From Planctomycetota bacterium (GTDB taxonomy: Bacteria > Planctomycetota > GCA-002687715 > DRQF01): 64,000 bases of DNA. A program made the position numbers and the translations under genes. Where the stretch lies: contig JAZGFI010000147.1 in NCBI GenBank assembly GCA_036479435.1, forward strand, positions 1-64,000, in the 5' to 3' direction. Shown in pieces: positions 29,168-38,878 of the stretch. The notes beneath the pieces were generated by a model. It did not search any database. It was not told the DNA's origin and worked only from the letters and a program-made list of their open reading frames with translations. Position 1 is the first letter of the stretch. Every line of letters starts with the position of its first letter.

Positions 29168-30035
29168 AAAATTGCGCCGAACCCGCTTACTCATTGGCTC
29201 TGGACTCGTTGCCCTTTTGGTTGCGATGGTGGCGATCGACGCCAAGATCGGGTTTCCCGCTCTGGGATTGGTCGTGGCACTCTTTTTGACTCTGGTCAGT
29301 CAAGCAGAGTTGATCCACATGATCCGCGGAAAAGCCCGTCCCGTGACGCGCTTGGTACAGCTTGCGACAGCCGCGATTTTCGTGTCCAAGGCCGTGATGT
29401 CTTATGTCTACGATCGCCCCGCCAGCGCCGAACTAACGCTGGCGATCCTATGCGGAGCCGCGCTGTTGATCTTGACTCAGGCCACCTTGCGCTTGCAGTT
29501 TCGCCAAGGCGAAGCAGCTTCGGAGCATGCCCTCGACGTCGGTGCCGGGCTTTTTGCGCTGGCCTACCTCGCCTTGCCTTTGTCATTCATGGCCGACCTC
29601 GCTTTGCGCTTTGAGGGCGGTGAGGGGACCTTTTTTGTCGCCATCTTGGTGTTTATCTCCAAGTGCGGAGACATTGGAGGCTACTTGGGCGGTAGTACCT
29701 TCGGCAAACGCCGCGTCATGCCTCGGGTCTCACCCAAAAAGTCATGGGAGGGCTCGGCCACGGGCCTCGTCTTGACGATTGCGGCCACATTCGGGTTGCA
29801 CGCGGCATTCCCGCAGTACTTCTTCGGACTAGAGACCCTGCAGCTTGTTATCCTGGCCGTCGTAATCAACTTGGCGACCCAGATGGGTGACTTCTCCGAA
29901 TCCATGGTGAAGCGCTCTTGTGGCGTTAAAGATTCAGGCGCTGTTCTTCCGACCTTTGGTGGCGCGCTGGATATTGTCGATAGCCTTGTGTTTTCAATTC
30001 CAGTCGCCGCGATGATTTTCGCGCTGGCTGTTTGA
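29145..30035 (+). CDS. cdsA: Phosphatidate cytidylyltransferase
   Basis: Polytopic membrane protein with SPKKSWEG and GDFSES..KR..GVKDSG...GGALDIVDS. The start codon is approximate. Confidence 0.93.
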   Translation: MSTLGRTEKLRRTRLLIGSGLVALLVAMVAIDAKIGFPALGLVVALFLTLVSQAELIHMIRGKARPVTRLVQLATAAIFVSKAVMSYVYDRPASAELTLAILCGAALLILTQATLRLQFRQGEAASEHALDVGAGLFALAYLALPLSFMADLALRFEGGEGTFFVAILVFISKCGDIGGYLGGSTFGKRRVMPRVSPKKSWEGSATGLVLTIAATFGLHAAFPQYFFGLETLQLVILAVVINLATQMGDFSESMVKRSCGVKDSGAVLPTFGGALDIVDSLVFSIPVAAMIFALAV

Positions 30036-30054
30036 AGGGAGTTCGCTTCAGAAC

Positions 30055-31062
30055 GTGTCAGACGTCACAATTCCCCTCCGCAACATTGACGAGGAGCGCA
30101 CGCTTCTCGGTCACCTCGACCGCAATCTTCGCATCCTTCGCCAGTCGTTCGGCATCGACGCGACGTCGCGTGCTGGGCAACTCACCCTAAATGGTGATCC
30201 CGGCCGAATTGAAGCCGCGGCGGGCATGGTACGCCGGGCGCTGGACTTGATTCGCGACAATGGCGTCAATTCTACGGATGTCGCCGAGCTATTCGAAGTC
30301 GATGCCCCCAACCACCGCAGCCCCGAAAGCGGCCGTGGAGAGCGCATTAAGTTCGCGGCCTCTCCACGTTCGCCGAACCAGCAGCGCTACATGGAAACGG
30401 TGCTCGAAACTCCAGTGACCTTCGCGCTCGGTCCAGCGGGCACCGGTAAGACCTATTTGGCCGTCGCCATGGCGGTGACCCTCATGAAGACCGAGGAATA
30501 CCACCGCATCATCCTCGTTCGTCCTGCGGTTGAGGCTGGCGAACACTTAGGCTTTTTGCCCGGCGACCTCGAAGCAAAAATCACACCCTACTTGAGACCG
30601 CTTTACGATTCCTTGCAGTCCTTGGTCCCCAAAGGGCTCCTGAAACGCTACATGGACGAAGGCGGCATCGAAATCTCACCGCTTGCTTACATGCGCGGCC
30701 GTACCCTGAATCACTCCATCATCATCTTGGACGAAGCCCAGAATACGACGATGGCACAGATGAAGATGTTTTTGACTCGCATGGGAGACCGCAGCAAGAT
30801 CATCGTCACGGGTGATCCGTCACAAGTCGATCTGCCCGGCAATCAAACCTCCGGTCTTCTTCATGCCTCAAGGGTCTTGAAGCAAGTAGAAGGCGTCGCG
30901 TTCTGCTATTTGAATCGAAAAGACATCGTGCGCCACGAAGTCGTTCAGCGCATTGTCCACGCCTATGGCTCGTGGGAAGAGCGGCTGAAGCAAGAAAAGG
31001 ATGGCGCGCCAAAGCGCTCGCAACCTCCGGGCAAAGATGCGGATCGAAAGAATCGGCGGTGA
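30055..31062 (+). CDS. phoH: PhoH-family ATPase
   Basis: GPAGTGKTYLA, RPAVEAGE.LGFLPG, AYMRGRTL, DEAQN. Confidence 0.95.
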   Translation: MSDVTIPLRNIDEERTLLGHLDRNLRILRQSFGIDATSRAGQLTLNGDPGRIEAAAGMVRRALDLIRDNGVNSTDVAELFEVDAPNHRSPESGRGERIKFAASPRSPNQQRYMETVLETPVTFALGPAGTGKTYLAVAMAVTLMKTEEYHRIILVRPAVEAGEHLGFLPGDLEAKITPYLRPLYDSLQSLVPKGLLKRYMDEGGIEISPLAYMRGRTLNHSIIILDEAQNTTMAQMKMFLTRMGDRSKIIVTGDPSQVDLPGNQTSGLLHASRVLKQVEGVAFCYLNRKDIVRHEVVQRIVHAYGSWEERLKQEKDGAPKRSQPPGKDADRKNRR

Positions 31063-31553
31063 TGAGTCGGATTGCGGTCCGAATTGAAGAGCCCATGGTG
31101 GGAGTATCAGAATCTGGCATTCGCAAGGCGGTGGCCTACACTCTTCAACAAGAATCAGCTGATTTGAATTTGAGTGTTGCGGTCGTCGATGACGCCAAGA
31201 TTCGCGAGCTCAATCTTCGGTATCTAAATCACGACTTCGCTACCGATGTCATTAGTTTCGACTTGCGTAATCACGAGGCGAAGTCGGATGCCGATGTCGA
31301 AATTGATCTCGAGGGAAAGTCAGAATCCGAACGCGAGGAGCACTGGGACGCTGAGATTGTCGTCTCGGCTACCACGGCCCAACGAGAAGCAGCGCTGCGC
31401 GGTCTCGATCCATGTTCAGAGCTCTTTTTATACTGCGTCCACGGTACCCTTCACCTTTTGGGCTACGATGACCACGACGAACAAGACCAGCGACGGATGC
31501 ACCAACGGCAAGCCGAGATCTTGAGAGGCCTCGGCTTTGAGACGCAATCATGA
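31062..31553 (+). CDS. ybeY: rRNA maturation RNase YbeY
   Basis: LN..YL..D.ATDVISF and HGTLHLLGYDDH. Confidence 0.93.
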   Translation: MSRIAVRIEEPMVGVSESGIRKAVAYTLQQESADLNLSVAVVDDAKIRELNLRYLNHDFATDVISFDLRNHEAKSDADVEIDLEGKSESEREEHWDAEIVVSATTAQREAALRGLDPCSELFLYCVHGTLHLLGYDDHDEQDQRRMHQRQAEILRGLGFETQS

Positions 31554-32674
31554 ATAACCCCGCCGGCAGTGAGGCCGACCGCAAGGAGCACGAAAAGCTC
31601 TACGTCGATATCGCGATCAAAAACGAGATGTTGACCTTCGATCAGATCGCCGACGCGCGCGATATCCAGTTCAAGATTCAAGAACTTGGGATCAACCCCA
31701 AGCATCTCGCCGAGATCCTCGTCGAAAAGGGCTACCTGGAGCTCTCTCAAGACGAAAAGATCCGTAAGCACATTGAGAAACTTCGCCGCGCGACTCGGAT
31801 CAAAGGTTACACGCTTCTAAAAAAGCTCGGCCAAGGCTCGATGGGAACGGTCTATCTGGCGACCCAAGATTCCCTAGATCGCATGGTGGCGGTCAAGGTC
31901 CTGGCCCCCTTCCTCAACAAGAACGAACACTTCGTCAGCCGCTTCATCAAAGAGGCAAAAATCCTCGCGCGCCTTAACCACCCGAATATCGTCCAGTGCA
32001 TCGACGTGGGCAAAAGCGAGAATCAATATTACCTCGCGATGGAGTTTTGCGACGGCCCCACGGTCCTCGAGGTCTTAAAACGCGGCGGCAGCATGGCGCT
32101 TGAACGCGCCACTCTCATCGCTTTGCAAATCGCTCGTGCCCTCGAACACGCCTACGAACACAGCATCATCCATCGCGATATCAAGCCCGACAACATCATG
32201 ATGACCCCCGGCGGCGTCGCGAAGCTCTGTGACCTGGGACTGGTCAAAGATCTCGGCAACTCCGCGGGTTCAACCGATGAGGGTTCTGCGCTGGGAACGC
32301 CGAACTACATTTCACCTGAACAGGCTCGCGGCGAAGAAAATGTCGACCACCGCACCGACATCTACTCTCTAGGTGCATCCTTTTATCACATGGTGACGGG
32401 GCGCGTTCCCTTCGAGTCGTCCAATCCCGCGGTCGTGATGGTGTCGCACATCAACGACATGCCGATTGCACCCAAGGATCGTAATCCCGCGATCGACAAC
32501 GAGACCTCGCGGATTATCATGAAGATGCTCCGCAAAAACCCCGCGGATCGTCATCAATCACCCACCGAGATCCTGCGCGAGCTTGAACGCCTCTACGCCA
32601 AGCGCACCGGCGAACCGGCCCCGGAGTCGGATCCCGTGCTGCAAATTCGAGCCCGCAAGAAGCGCCGCCGCTAG
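31550..32674 (+). CDS. Hanks-type Ser/Thr protein kinase (cytoplasmic)
   Basis: LGQGSMGTVY, VAVK, HRDIKPDN, DLG, GTPNYISPEQ, DIYSLG; no TM segment. Confidence 0.93.
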   Translation: MNNPAGSEADRKEHEKLYVDIAIKNEMLTFDQIADARDIQFKIQELGINPKHLAEILVEKGYLELSQDEKIRKHIEKLRRATRIKGYTLLKKLGQGSMGTVYLATQDSLDRMVAVKVLAPFLNKNEHFVSRFIKEAKILARLNHPNIVQCIDVGKSENQYYLAMEFCDGPTVLEVLKRGGSMALERATLIALQIARALEHAYEHSIIHRDIKPDNIMMTPGGVAKLCDLGLVKDLGNSAGSTDEGSALGTPNYISPEQARGEENVDHRTDIYSLGASFYHMVTGRVPFESSNPAVVMVSHINDMPIAPKDRNPAIDNETSRIIMKMLRKNPADRHQSPTEILRELERLYAKRTGEPAPESDPVLQIRARKKRRR

Positions 32675-32795
32675 GCTATCGACGCACTCCATCAAGGAGC
32701 CGTGAGTTTGTTCAGCTTCTTCTTGAGCCGCCGGCGTCTCCCTCTACATTCAGGGCGCTCAGCTAACCCTTCCCGATTCGGTGTCCAACGGACTA

Positions 32796-32826
32796 CAACT
32801 TCTCTAGGGAGAGCAGTTGTTTTTTG
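32796..32826 (+). terminator. Probable intrinsic terminator of the plus-strand run ending at the kinase
   Basis: ACAACTTCTCT-agg-GAGAGCAGTTG followed by TTTTTT. Confidence 0.6.
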
Positions 32827-32830
32827 GTTC

Positions 32831-32876
32831 AAATCTTGCCGCTGCGAATCCTTCGGGATTCGCAGCGGCAAGATTT
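32831..32876. terminator. Perfect 21-bp hairpin with cTTCGg loop at the kdsA 3' end
   Basis: AAATCTTGCCGCTGCGAATCC-TTCG-GGATTCGCAGCGGCAAGATTT. Confidence 0.65.
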
Positions 32877-33732
32877 ATTCTTGGCTAGCGGCTTCGCGGA
32901 TGCGCAAGAGCTGACGAAGGAGGGGGCCGAAGGCGTCGAGGGGGAGGGCGTTGTCGGCGTCGCTTTTGGCCACGGCCGGGTTTTCGTGGACCTCGAAAAA
33001 GAGACCGTCGATGCCGACGGCGACGGCAGCCCGGGCGAGATAGGGAATCATGGTGCGATCACCGCTGGACTTTTCGCCCATGCCGCCGGGAATCTGGACG
33101 CTGTGGGTGGCGTCGTAAACGACTGGGTAGCCGAGGGCGCGCATCATCGGAATGCCGCGGAAATCATTGATGAGAGTGTTGTAGCCGAAGCAGCTACCGC
33201 GTTCGGTGAGGAGGAGTTTTTCAGATCCCGATTCCTCGATCTTGCGGACGACGTTGCTCATGTCGCCGGGCGAAAGGAATTGGCCTTTCTTGACGCTCAC
33301 GATCTTGCCGGTTTTAGCGGCGGCGACGAGGAGGTCGGTTTGACGACACAAAAAGGCCGGGATCTGGAGGACGTCGGCAACTTCGGCGACTTGGTTTACT
33401 TGTGAGGTTTCGTGTACGTCCGTGATGATGGGAAGGCCAAACTCAGCCTTGACGGCGCTGAAGATGTCGAGTGCCACATCAATGCCGGGGCCACGATAGG
33501 AGTGGATCGACGAGCGGTTGGCTTTGTCGAAGGAGGACTTGAAGACGAGCTGGACCGAAAGGCCGGCGACGGCCTTCTTCAAGGCTTCGGCGTGGCGAAG
33601 CGTGGTGTCACGGTCTTCGACAATACAAAGGCCAGCCATGACACAAAGGTCGGCACCGGGGCCGATCTTGAGGTCGCCTTGTTCGACGAGTTTCGGCTGG
33701 GCTTGGCTATTCACGTTTAGACGGTGGGGCAT
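32875..33732 (-). CDS. kdsA: 3-deoxy-8-phosphooctulonate (KDO8P) synthase
   Basis: FKSSFDKANRSS, QIPAFLCRQTDL, KKGQFL, DATHSVQ. Confidence 0.96.
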   Translation of the reverse strand: MPHRLNVNSQAQPKLVEQGDLKIGPGADLCVMAGLCIVEDRDTTLRHAEALKKAVAGLSVQLVFKSSFDKANRSSIHSYRGPGIDVALDIFSAVKAEFGLPIITDVHETSQVNQVAEVADVLQIPAFLCRQTDLLVAAAKTGKIVSVKKGQFLSPGDMSNVVRKIEESGSEKLLLTERGSCFGYNTLINDFRGIPMMRALGYPVVYDATHSVQIPGGMGEKSSGDRTMIPYLARAAVAVGIDGLFFEVHENPAVAKSDADNALPLDAFGPLLRQLLRIREAASQE

Positions 33733-33814
33733 CGTTTCTTCGACTTTCCTCGGATCGAGTCAGCCCTCACTGATTAAGGGCGCAACGCTGTTTCTTATTG
33801 TCTAGATCTGGCGG

Positions 33815-34741
33815 TTAGGCTTCAAGGTGTTGGGGTACCAAGATCTGAAGCGGGACTGCCGCCATTTTTGCCCGAAGGGGGGTGAACCCGACGTCATCGC
33901 CGTCGATTTGAACCGCTTCGGGTTCGCTGGATCGGATCTCAAACGAGCGTACGCGGCGGTATTCGGCATGGGGCGAGGCGTCTTCTCGGCCGCGTTTCGC
34001 GCAGAGCAAGTGCCTTAGAATGGCTCCGCGACCTCGGCCAAAACGGATGCAGAGGTCCATACCCACAGCGAAGAGATCCGCCTGCGGGGTCAAAGTCATG
34101 ACGCCGCCGTAGTTTTTGGTGTTGCAGGCTACAAAGGCGCTGGCCTCACGCGCAATTTTTACCCCGTCTATCTGGACCTGCAGTCGCGGCGCGCGCCAAG
34201 CCCAGATCTCTTTCATACCCTGGGGCATGTAACGGTTCTTCGAGAACTTGGCCGGAGACTTGCGGCGGGCGGCCGCCACCCGGTGAACGACTCGAGCGTC
34301 GAACCCGATGCCGACATTGACGATCACCGGGTATTCTCGGGAGTCATCGCTGAAAGTTGCGACGGCGTAAGGCATGGTGCGAGCTTGGGCGCTAGCCAAA
34401 AGCGTTGCGGCGTCGTTGGGCGCCAGTTTTCCGAGCCCCAGCTCCATGGCCAAGACGTTGGCGGTCCCCAGCGGAATGATGCTGAAGGCGGGGGCCTTGG
34501 CGCCGAGGGCTCGGAGGCCGCGTGCGATCTCATTCGCCGTGCCGTCGCCGCCGATGCCGATAATGGCATCAAAATTCCCGCCGCGCTCGACGACGATTTC
34601 CGGCGCGTGATCGGCGCGCTCGGTGAGAGCCAGTTCGACCTCAACGCCCGCAGTTTCGAATCCGCGCTGTGCTTCGGCCGCCGCCGCGGCTCCTTTGGAC
34701 CCGCCGGCATTCGGATTGGCGATCAACAAAAAGCGCTTCAT
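33815..34741 (-). CDS. Diacylglycerol/lipid kinase family protein (YegS/DAGK)
   Basis: IANPNAG, GGDGT, PLGTAN, GIGFDA, QIDGD. Confidence 0.9.
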   Translation of the reverse strand: MKRFLLIANPNAGGSKGAAAAAEAQRGFETAGVEVELALTERADHAPEIVVERGGNFDAIIGIGGDGTANEIARGLRALGAKAPAFSIIPLGTANVLAMELGLGKLAPNDAATLLASAQARTMPYAVATFSDDSREYPVIVNVGIGFDARVVHRVAAARRKSPAKFSKNRYMPQGMKEIWAWRAPRLQVQIDGVKIAREASAFVACNTKNYGGVMTLTPQADLFAVGMDLCIRFGRGRGAILRHLLCAKRGREDASPHAEYRRVRSFEIRSSEPEAVQIDGDDVGFTPLRAKMAAVPLQILVPQHLEA

Positions 34742-34802
34742 CGAGCTAGCGTCTAGCCTCCTATTCTTGACCGCGCCGCGTACACGGGCTGCCCCAAAAT
34801 AA

Positions 34803-34846
34803 CGCGCGCGCCGGACGCTTTCTTATGGAAAGGGCCCGGCGCGCGG
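34803..34846. terminator. GC-rich hairpin after the FGE-domain gene
   Basis: CGCGCGCCGG...CTTTC-ttatg-GAAAG...CCGGCGCGCG. Confidence 0.45.
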
Positions 34847-34875
34847 CCTGAGCTGATGGCTGGGGTTTCCGGGCC

Positions 34876-37080
34876 TTATTTGTAGCCGTTCAAAGCACCC
34901 GGCGCCAACTTCAGCGTGATCTCGGTGACCAGGCCGCGGCGGCTTCTGGTCTTGTGCGTCCAAATGCAGGAGAGCATGTCGAAGCTTTTGTTCTTTGCGA
35001 TCTTTTTTCCGCCCTCTTTTTGGACCGGGGCTCGGCTGATCTCGAACTTTGTCACGCCGGCGAGTTTGGAGTTGGTCGTTTGACTCTTGGCTCTAATCGA
35101 CACCGGAGCGATACCCGAGCGCTTGTTGCGAAAGATGTAGCGATTCGGAACGATGATCTTCTTTTTGGTCTGAGGATCTTTGTAGCGCCAGCCCTTTTTA
35201 TAGCTCACAAACCAAGTGCCGGGCTCAAGCATGGGTTCGAGGATCGGGACGTCGGTGTGAAGGATGCCAATCAAGACAGAGTGGGCGACTTCATCGTCGC
35301 CGTCGCTGGCGCTCTTCAGAGCCTTCTCGGTGCTGATTTCATCCATGCGCCGGTTGGCGATCAAGATCGATCGCGCCGCGCCGGGAACACTGTACTCCTC
35401 GTTCCAATCGAACTTTTCGATCGCGGTGTAACGCTTGGGATCGGTGTCGATCTGGGGGCGGGGGAGTTCTTTGGCTTTCTCGGACCTCAGCAGTTTGTAG
35501 TCCTGTAGACGCGCTTCGAGTTGGCCACCATCGCTGAGTTTCGTGAGGACTTCTTGGCCTGGCGTAGCACTCCGGGCGCGTCGAAAGCCGATCATCTTTG
35601 AGCGTCGGTAGGGGTCAGCCTGAAAGCGCATGACGGCGCTGGCCAAAAGACTGCGGCTGTCGCAATGGCCGCCGCGCACGACGTGCTTGTCGCTGTCGAA
35701 GACGTCTCTCGTGACCCTCTTGTTTTTACTGAACTTGATGGTCTTAAAAGTTGGGCGCGCGACGAAGGGACTAGATGTCATTTCCGCGGCGTTACCGACG
35801 ATGTGCATGATGCCCAAAGGTGAAGCACCGCTGGGAAGGGCGCTCACGTCGATGACCGCGGGCAGTTCAAGATTCTTGGGAACCTTCACGCCGAGCCGCA
35901 CTGCGAGGTCGTGGGCCATCGCGTCATTAACGAGGTGCTTTTGGTATCCCGACTTTTGGAAGGGCCAAAACCGGCCGTCGAACCCGGTTTCGCTCGAACG
36001 TGCGGCAACTTCCCACTCGTCTTCGGTGGGGACGTGCGTGTTTGTCCATCGGCAGTAGTCAACCATGTCCTCGTAACGTAGCCAAGTGATGGGGCGGTTG
36101 TCCCATCCGCTGGGCACGTCGCCGTTGGGCCAGATCGTGGAGAATTCCTTTTTGCCGATCTTTCGATTCATTGAGTACTGCTGCGGCCAACCATCGGGGT
36201 CGCGTTCGGTTTGCGTGCAGAAGTACCAGAACGCGCGATGCGTGACCTCACAACGGTCGATGAGGAAAGTCGCTAACGTCGTCTTGGTCGTGTCCGATCC
36301 GTAGGCGAGCATGAAGTTGTGCTCGGGCTTTTCTTGTTCCGCCTCCGACAAAGAATTGATGTCGTCGGGGGTCAAGCCCAAATACGCATCCACGGCGCCG
36401 GGGACGACGGCCATGTTGCGAGGAATGTTGCCGCGGATACCGGACGTGAGCGAAGCGACCCGATCGCGCTTTTCGCGGACGAGCTTGTCGTAGCTCTCTT
36501 GTTCTTTAGTGACTTTCTGGGCGAGCCTGCTGTGCTTTTTCAAAGTCTTCCACGCGACTTTGAAATCTTTGCCGAAGGCCGCGGCGTAGGCATCGTTGAT
36601 CGTGCGGGCGCAACGCGTGACGGTGGGGTCCATCTTTTCTTCCATGAGCCCTGCGATGCCCTCGACGAGATGCCGCTTGGAAGCGAGGGAAAAAGCCTGA
36701 TCGAGCCCAAAAGCCCTGCGCAGGTCAATCCCGAACTCATCGAGGATGTCTTCCGGTGTTTTCACCGGAGTGTCCAATCCGCAATGACCCTTCAAGAGCT
36801 TGGACAAAGCGGCGCCTGCTTTTGCTTGGCGATCGGCGTCGAAGGCGCGAGCGTGGTGGCGCTTCATCGTCGACTGTTTTTGCTCGAGGTCTTTTTGGAA
36901 GCCCTTGAGTTTCTTCATGCAGGAGACGGCTTTTCGCTCGAGCTTCGCGACTTCCTTGCGGACCTTAAGCGTCTCGGCGGCGCCAATTTGCGCCTGGGTT
37001 TCCGTCGCTATTGCGGCAACAAACAGCCCGAGCATCAAAGCCCAAGTTTTTAGGCTGAACCCCAAGGTTCGTGTGTTCAT
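34876..37080 (-). CDS. Secreted FGE-sulfatase (SUMF1/EgtB/PvdO) domain protein with N-terminal coiled coil
   Basis: Signal peptide, FLIDRCEVT, PTEDEWEVAAR, GNAAEM, VVRGG, IGFR. The start codon is approximate. Confidence 0.8.
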   Translation of the reverse strand: MNTRTLGFSLKTWALMLGLFVAAIATETQAQIGAAETLKVRKEVAKLERKAVSCMKKLKGFQKDLEQKQSTMKRHHARAFDADRQAKAGAALSKLLKGHCGLDTPVKTPEDILDEFGIDLRRAFGLDQAFSLASKRHLVEGIAGLMEEKMDPTVTRCARTINDAYAAAFGKDFKVAWKTLKKHSRLAQKVTKEQESYDKLVREKRDRVASLTSGIRGNIPRNMAVVPGAVDAYLGLTPDDINSLSEAEQEKPEHNFMLAYGSDTTKTTLATFLIDRCEVTHRAFWYFCTQTERDPDGWPQQYSMNRKIGKKEFSTIWPNGDVPSGWDNRPITWLRYEDMVDYCRWTNTHVPTEDEWEVAARSSETGFDGRFWPFQKSGYQKHLVNDAMAHDLAVRLGVKVPKNLELPAVIDVSALPSGASPLGIMHIVGNAAEMTSSPFVARPTFKTIKFSKNKRVTRDVFDSDKHVVRGGHCDSRSLLASAVMRFQADPYRRSKMIGFRRARSATPGQEVLTKLSDGGQLEARLQDYKLLRSEKAKELPRPQIDTDPKRYTAIEKFDWNEEYSVPGAARSILIANRRMDEISTEKALKSASDGDDEVAHSVLIGILHTDVPILEPMLEPGTWFVSYKKGWRYKDPQTKKKIIVPNRYIFRNKRSGIAPVSIRAKSQTTNSKLAGVTKFEISRAPVQKEGGKKIAKNKSFDMLSCIWTHKTRSRRGLVTEITLKLAPGALNGYK

Positions 37081-37787
37081 CTTTGATTCCGAAGGTGCAT
37101 CGAAAGTGCGAGTCATTGACTGATTGCCCCATCGGCCGTCCCGAATTGCGGACGGCCCTTTTCCTTTGCGAAAAGTCACTGGCGATCGAACCGCTTCAAC
37201 CGTCGTTATTTACCAGTACCCGGTGTCGCTATCGCCTTTGCGACCTGCGAGACCAGCTATTGGTACGGACTTTCGTCCGAAACGAGAGTCATTCCCCGCT
37301 GGGGATTTCCTCTCGCTGCGTCTTCTCCTCAAAGGGACCGGAACGGTGTGAACCGGGGATCAGTCGCATGTGGCCCGCCAGGCCTGTTCTGAACCCGGCT
37401 CGGATGGGATCAGAAGAAAAGGGGAAAAACACCTGACGGGTGGCGCGTAGTTTATCAGTTGCCGAGGGACCCTCCCAGGCTCTCAGACGGACGTAAAGGC
37501 AACTTCGTTACGCCAATTGGCGCGCAAGGCCATTCAGACTGCTCAGCGGACCCTACCCGAATGAAGTGTTGATTCTTGAGGATAAAGAGAAAGTTAAGTC
37601 GGTTTGTCCGATTAGGATTGGCGAGAACCCGCAGATTCTGCCTTTTCTGCGATTTGACTGTTGTAACCGTGTATTTTATCTCACCCTCGCTGCTTGCTTG
37701 GTCGAAGTATAAAGGTGCTGCAGCGCCTTGTTTAGAGCCGCCTCGCCCAAGAGGTCACGGTGGAGAGCGAGGCGGATGAGGAACGCA

Positions 37788-38798
37788 ATGATGGTGCAAT
37801 CGGAATTGGATGGAGCGGAAGACGGCCCGCGAGTCCTTAGTGTCGAAGCGGATCGAGCCGGACAGCGCCTCGATGTCTTCGTCAATGAGTTGGCCGGGTG
37901 GCACAGCCGTGGCCGCATCAAAGACCAAATCAAGCTGGGCGGCATCACCGTCAACGGTAAGGTCACCAAACCTTCGCACCGAGTGCGTGAGGGAGACTTG
38001 GTTCAAATCTGCGCCGAACCCAATCCCGACGACTCTGAACTCATCCCCGAGAATATTCCTCTCGAGATCATCTTCGAGGATACGTCCATAGCGGTCTTGA
38101 ACAAAGCGCCCTTCATCGTCGTTCATCCAGGGGCTGGGCATCAAACCGGCACTTTGGCTAACGCCCTCGCACACCACCTAAAAGAACTGTCGGATGTGAG
38201 CGGGCCGCAGCGTCCGGGCATCGTTCATCGCTTGGATCGCGACACGAGCGGCGTCATGTGCGTGGCGAAAACCAACCGCGCGCACTACGCCATCACCACG
38301 CAGTTTCAGGAGCGAACGGTCGAGAAAACCTACTACGCTTTGGTCGACGGGGTCATGGAATTCGATGAGTACAAAGTCGATGAACCCATCGGCCGTCATC
38401 CCGCCCAACCGACAAAAATGGCGATCACGCCGAAGGGGCGACAGGCCTTCACGAAGTTCATGGTGTTGGAACGATTCGACGGTTTCACCTATGTTCGCTG
38501 CCATCCAAGAACGGGGCGAACTCACCAAATCCGGGTCCATCTGGCTCATTTGGGGCATCCGGTAATTTGCGACAAGCAATACGGTCGCCGGCAACGTATG
38601 GACTATGGGGACGTCGCGCATCTTGCGCCGGGACACCCCGAGAACCGAAAGCTGTTGGCGCGGCAGGCTCTGCACGCGGCGACATTAACGTTGAATCACC
38701 CCCTGAAAGGGGAACGCATGACCTTTGAAGCTCCGCTGACCGATGATTTTCAATCGGTCTTGGACGCCCTGCGCGAGACACGGCGGGCGCGGCCTTGA
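37788..38798 (+). CDS. rluD: RluA/RluD family 23S rRNA pseudouridine synthase
   Basis: S4 domain, GIVHRLDRDTSG, TGRTHQIRVH, QALHA. Confidence 0.92.
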   Translation: MMVQSELDGAEDGPRVLSVEADRAGQRLDVFVNELAGWHSRGRIKDQIKLGGITVNGKVTKPSHRVREGDLVQICAEPNPDDSELIPENIPLEIIFEDTSIAVLNKAPFIVVHPGAGHQTGTLANALAHHLKELSDVSGPQRPGIVHRLDRDTSGVMCVAKTNRAHYAITTQFQERTVEKTYYALVDGVMEFDEYKVDEPIGRHPAQPTKMAITPKGRQAFTKFMVLERFDGFTYVRCHPRTGRTHQIRVHLAHLGHPVICDKQYGRRQRMDYGDVAHLAPGHPENRKLLARQALHAATLTLNHPLKGERMTFEAPLTDDFQSVLDALRETRRARP

Positions 38799-38878
38799 TC
38801 TGATCGACTTTAGATCGAGACTCGCGAGGAGACTCAAAAAATAAAGCCGCAAATCTGCGGCAACAAAAGGAGGCTCTC

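Noticed and set aside
32824..33720. Long plus-strand ORFs opposite kdsA (and similar antisense ORFs opposite typA, ffh, carA, spoVR and leuS)
   Set aside because: They are antisense shadows expected from biased codon usage in GC-rich genes and show no motifs.
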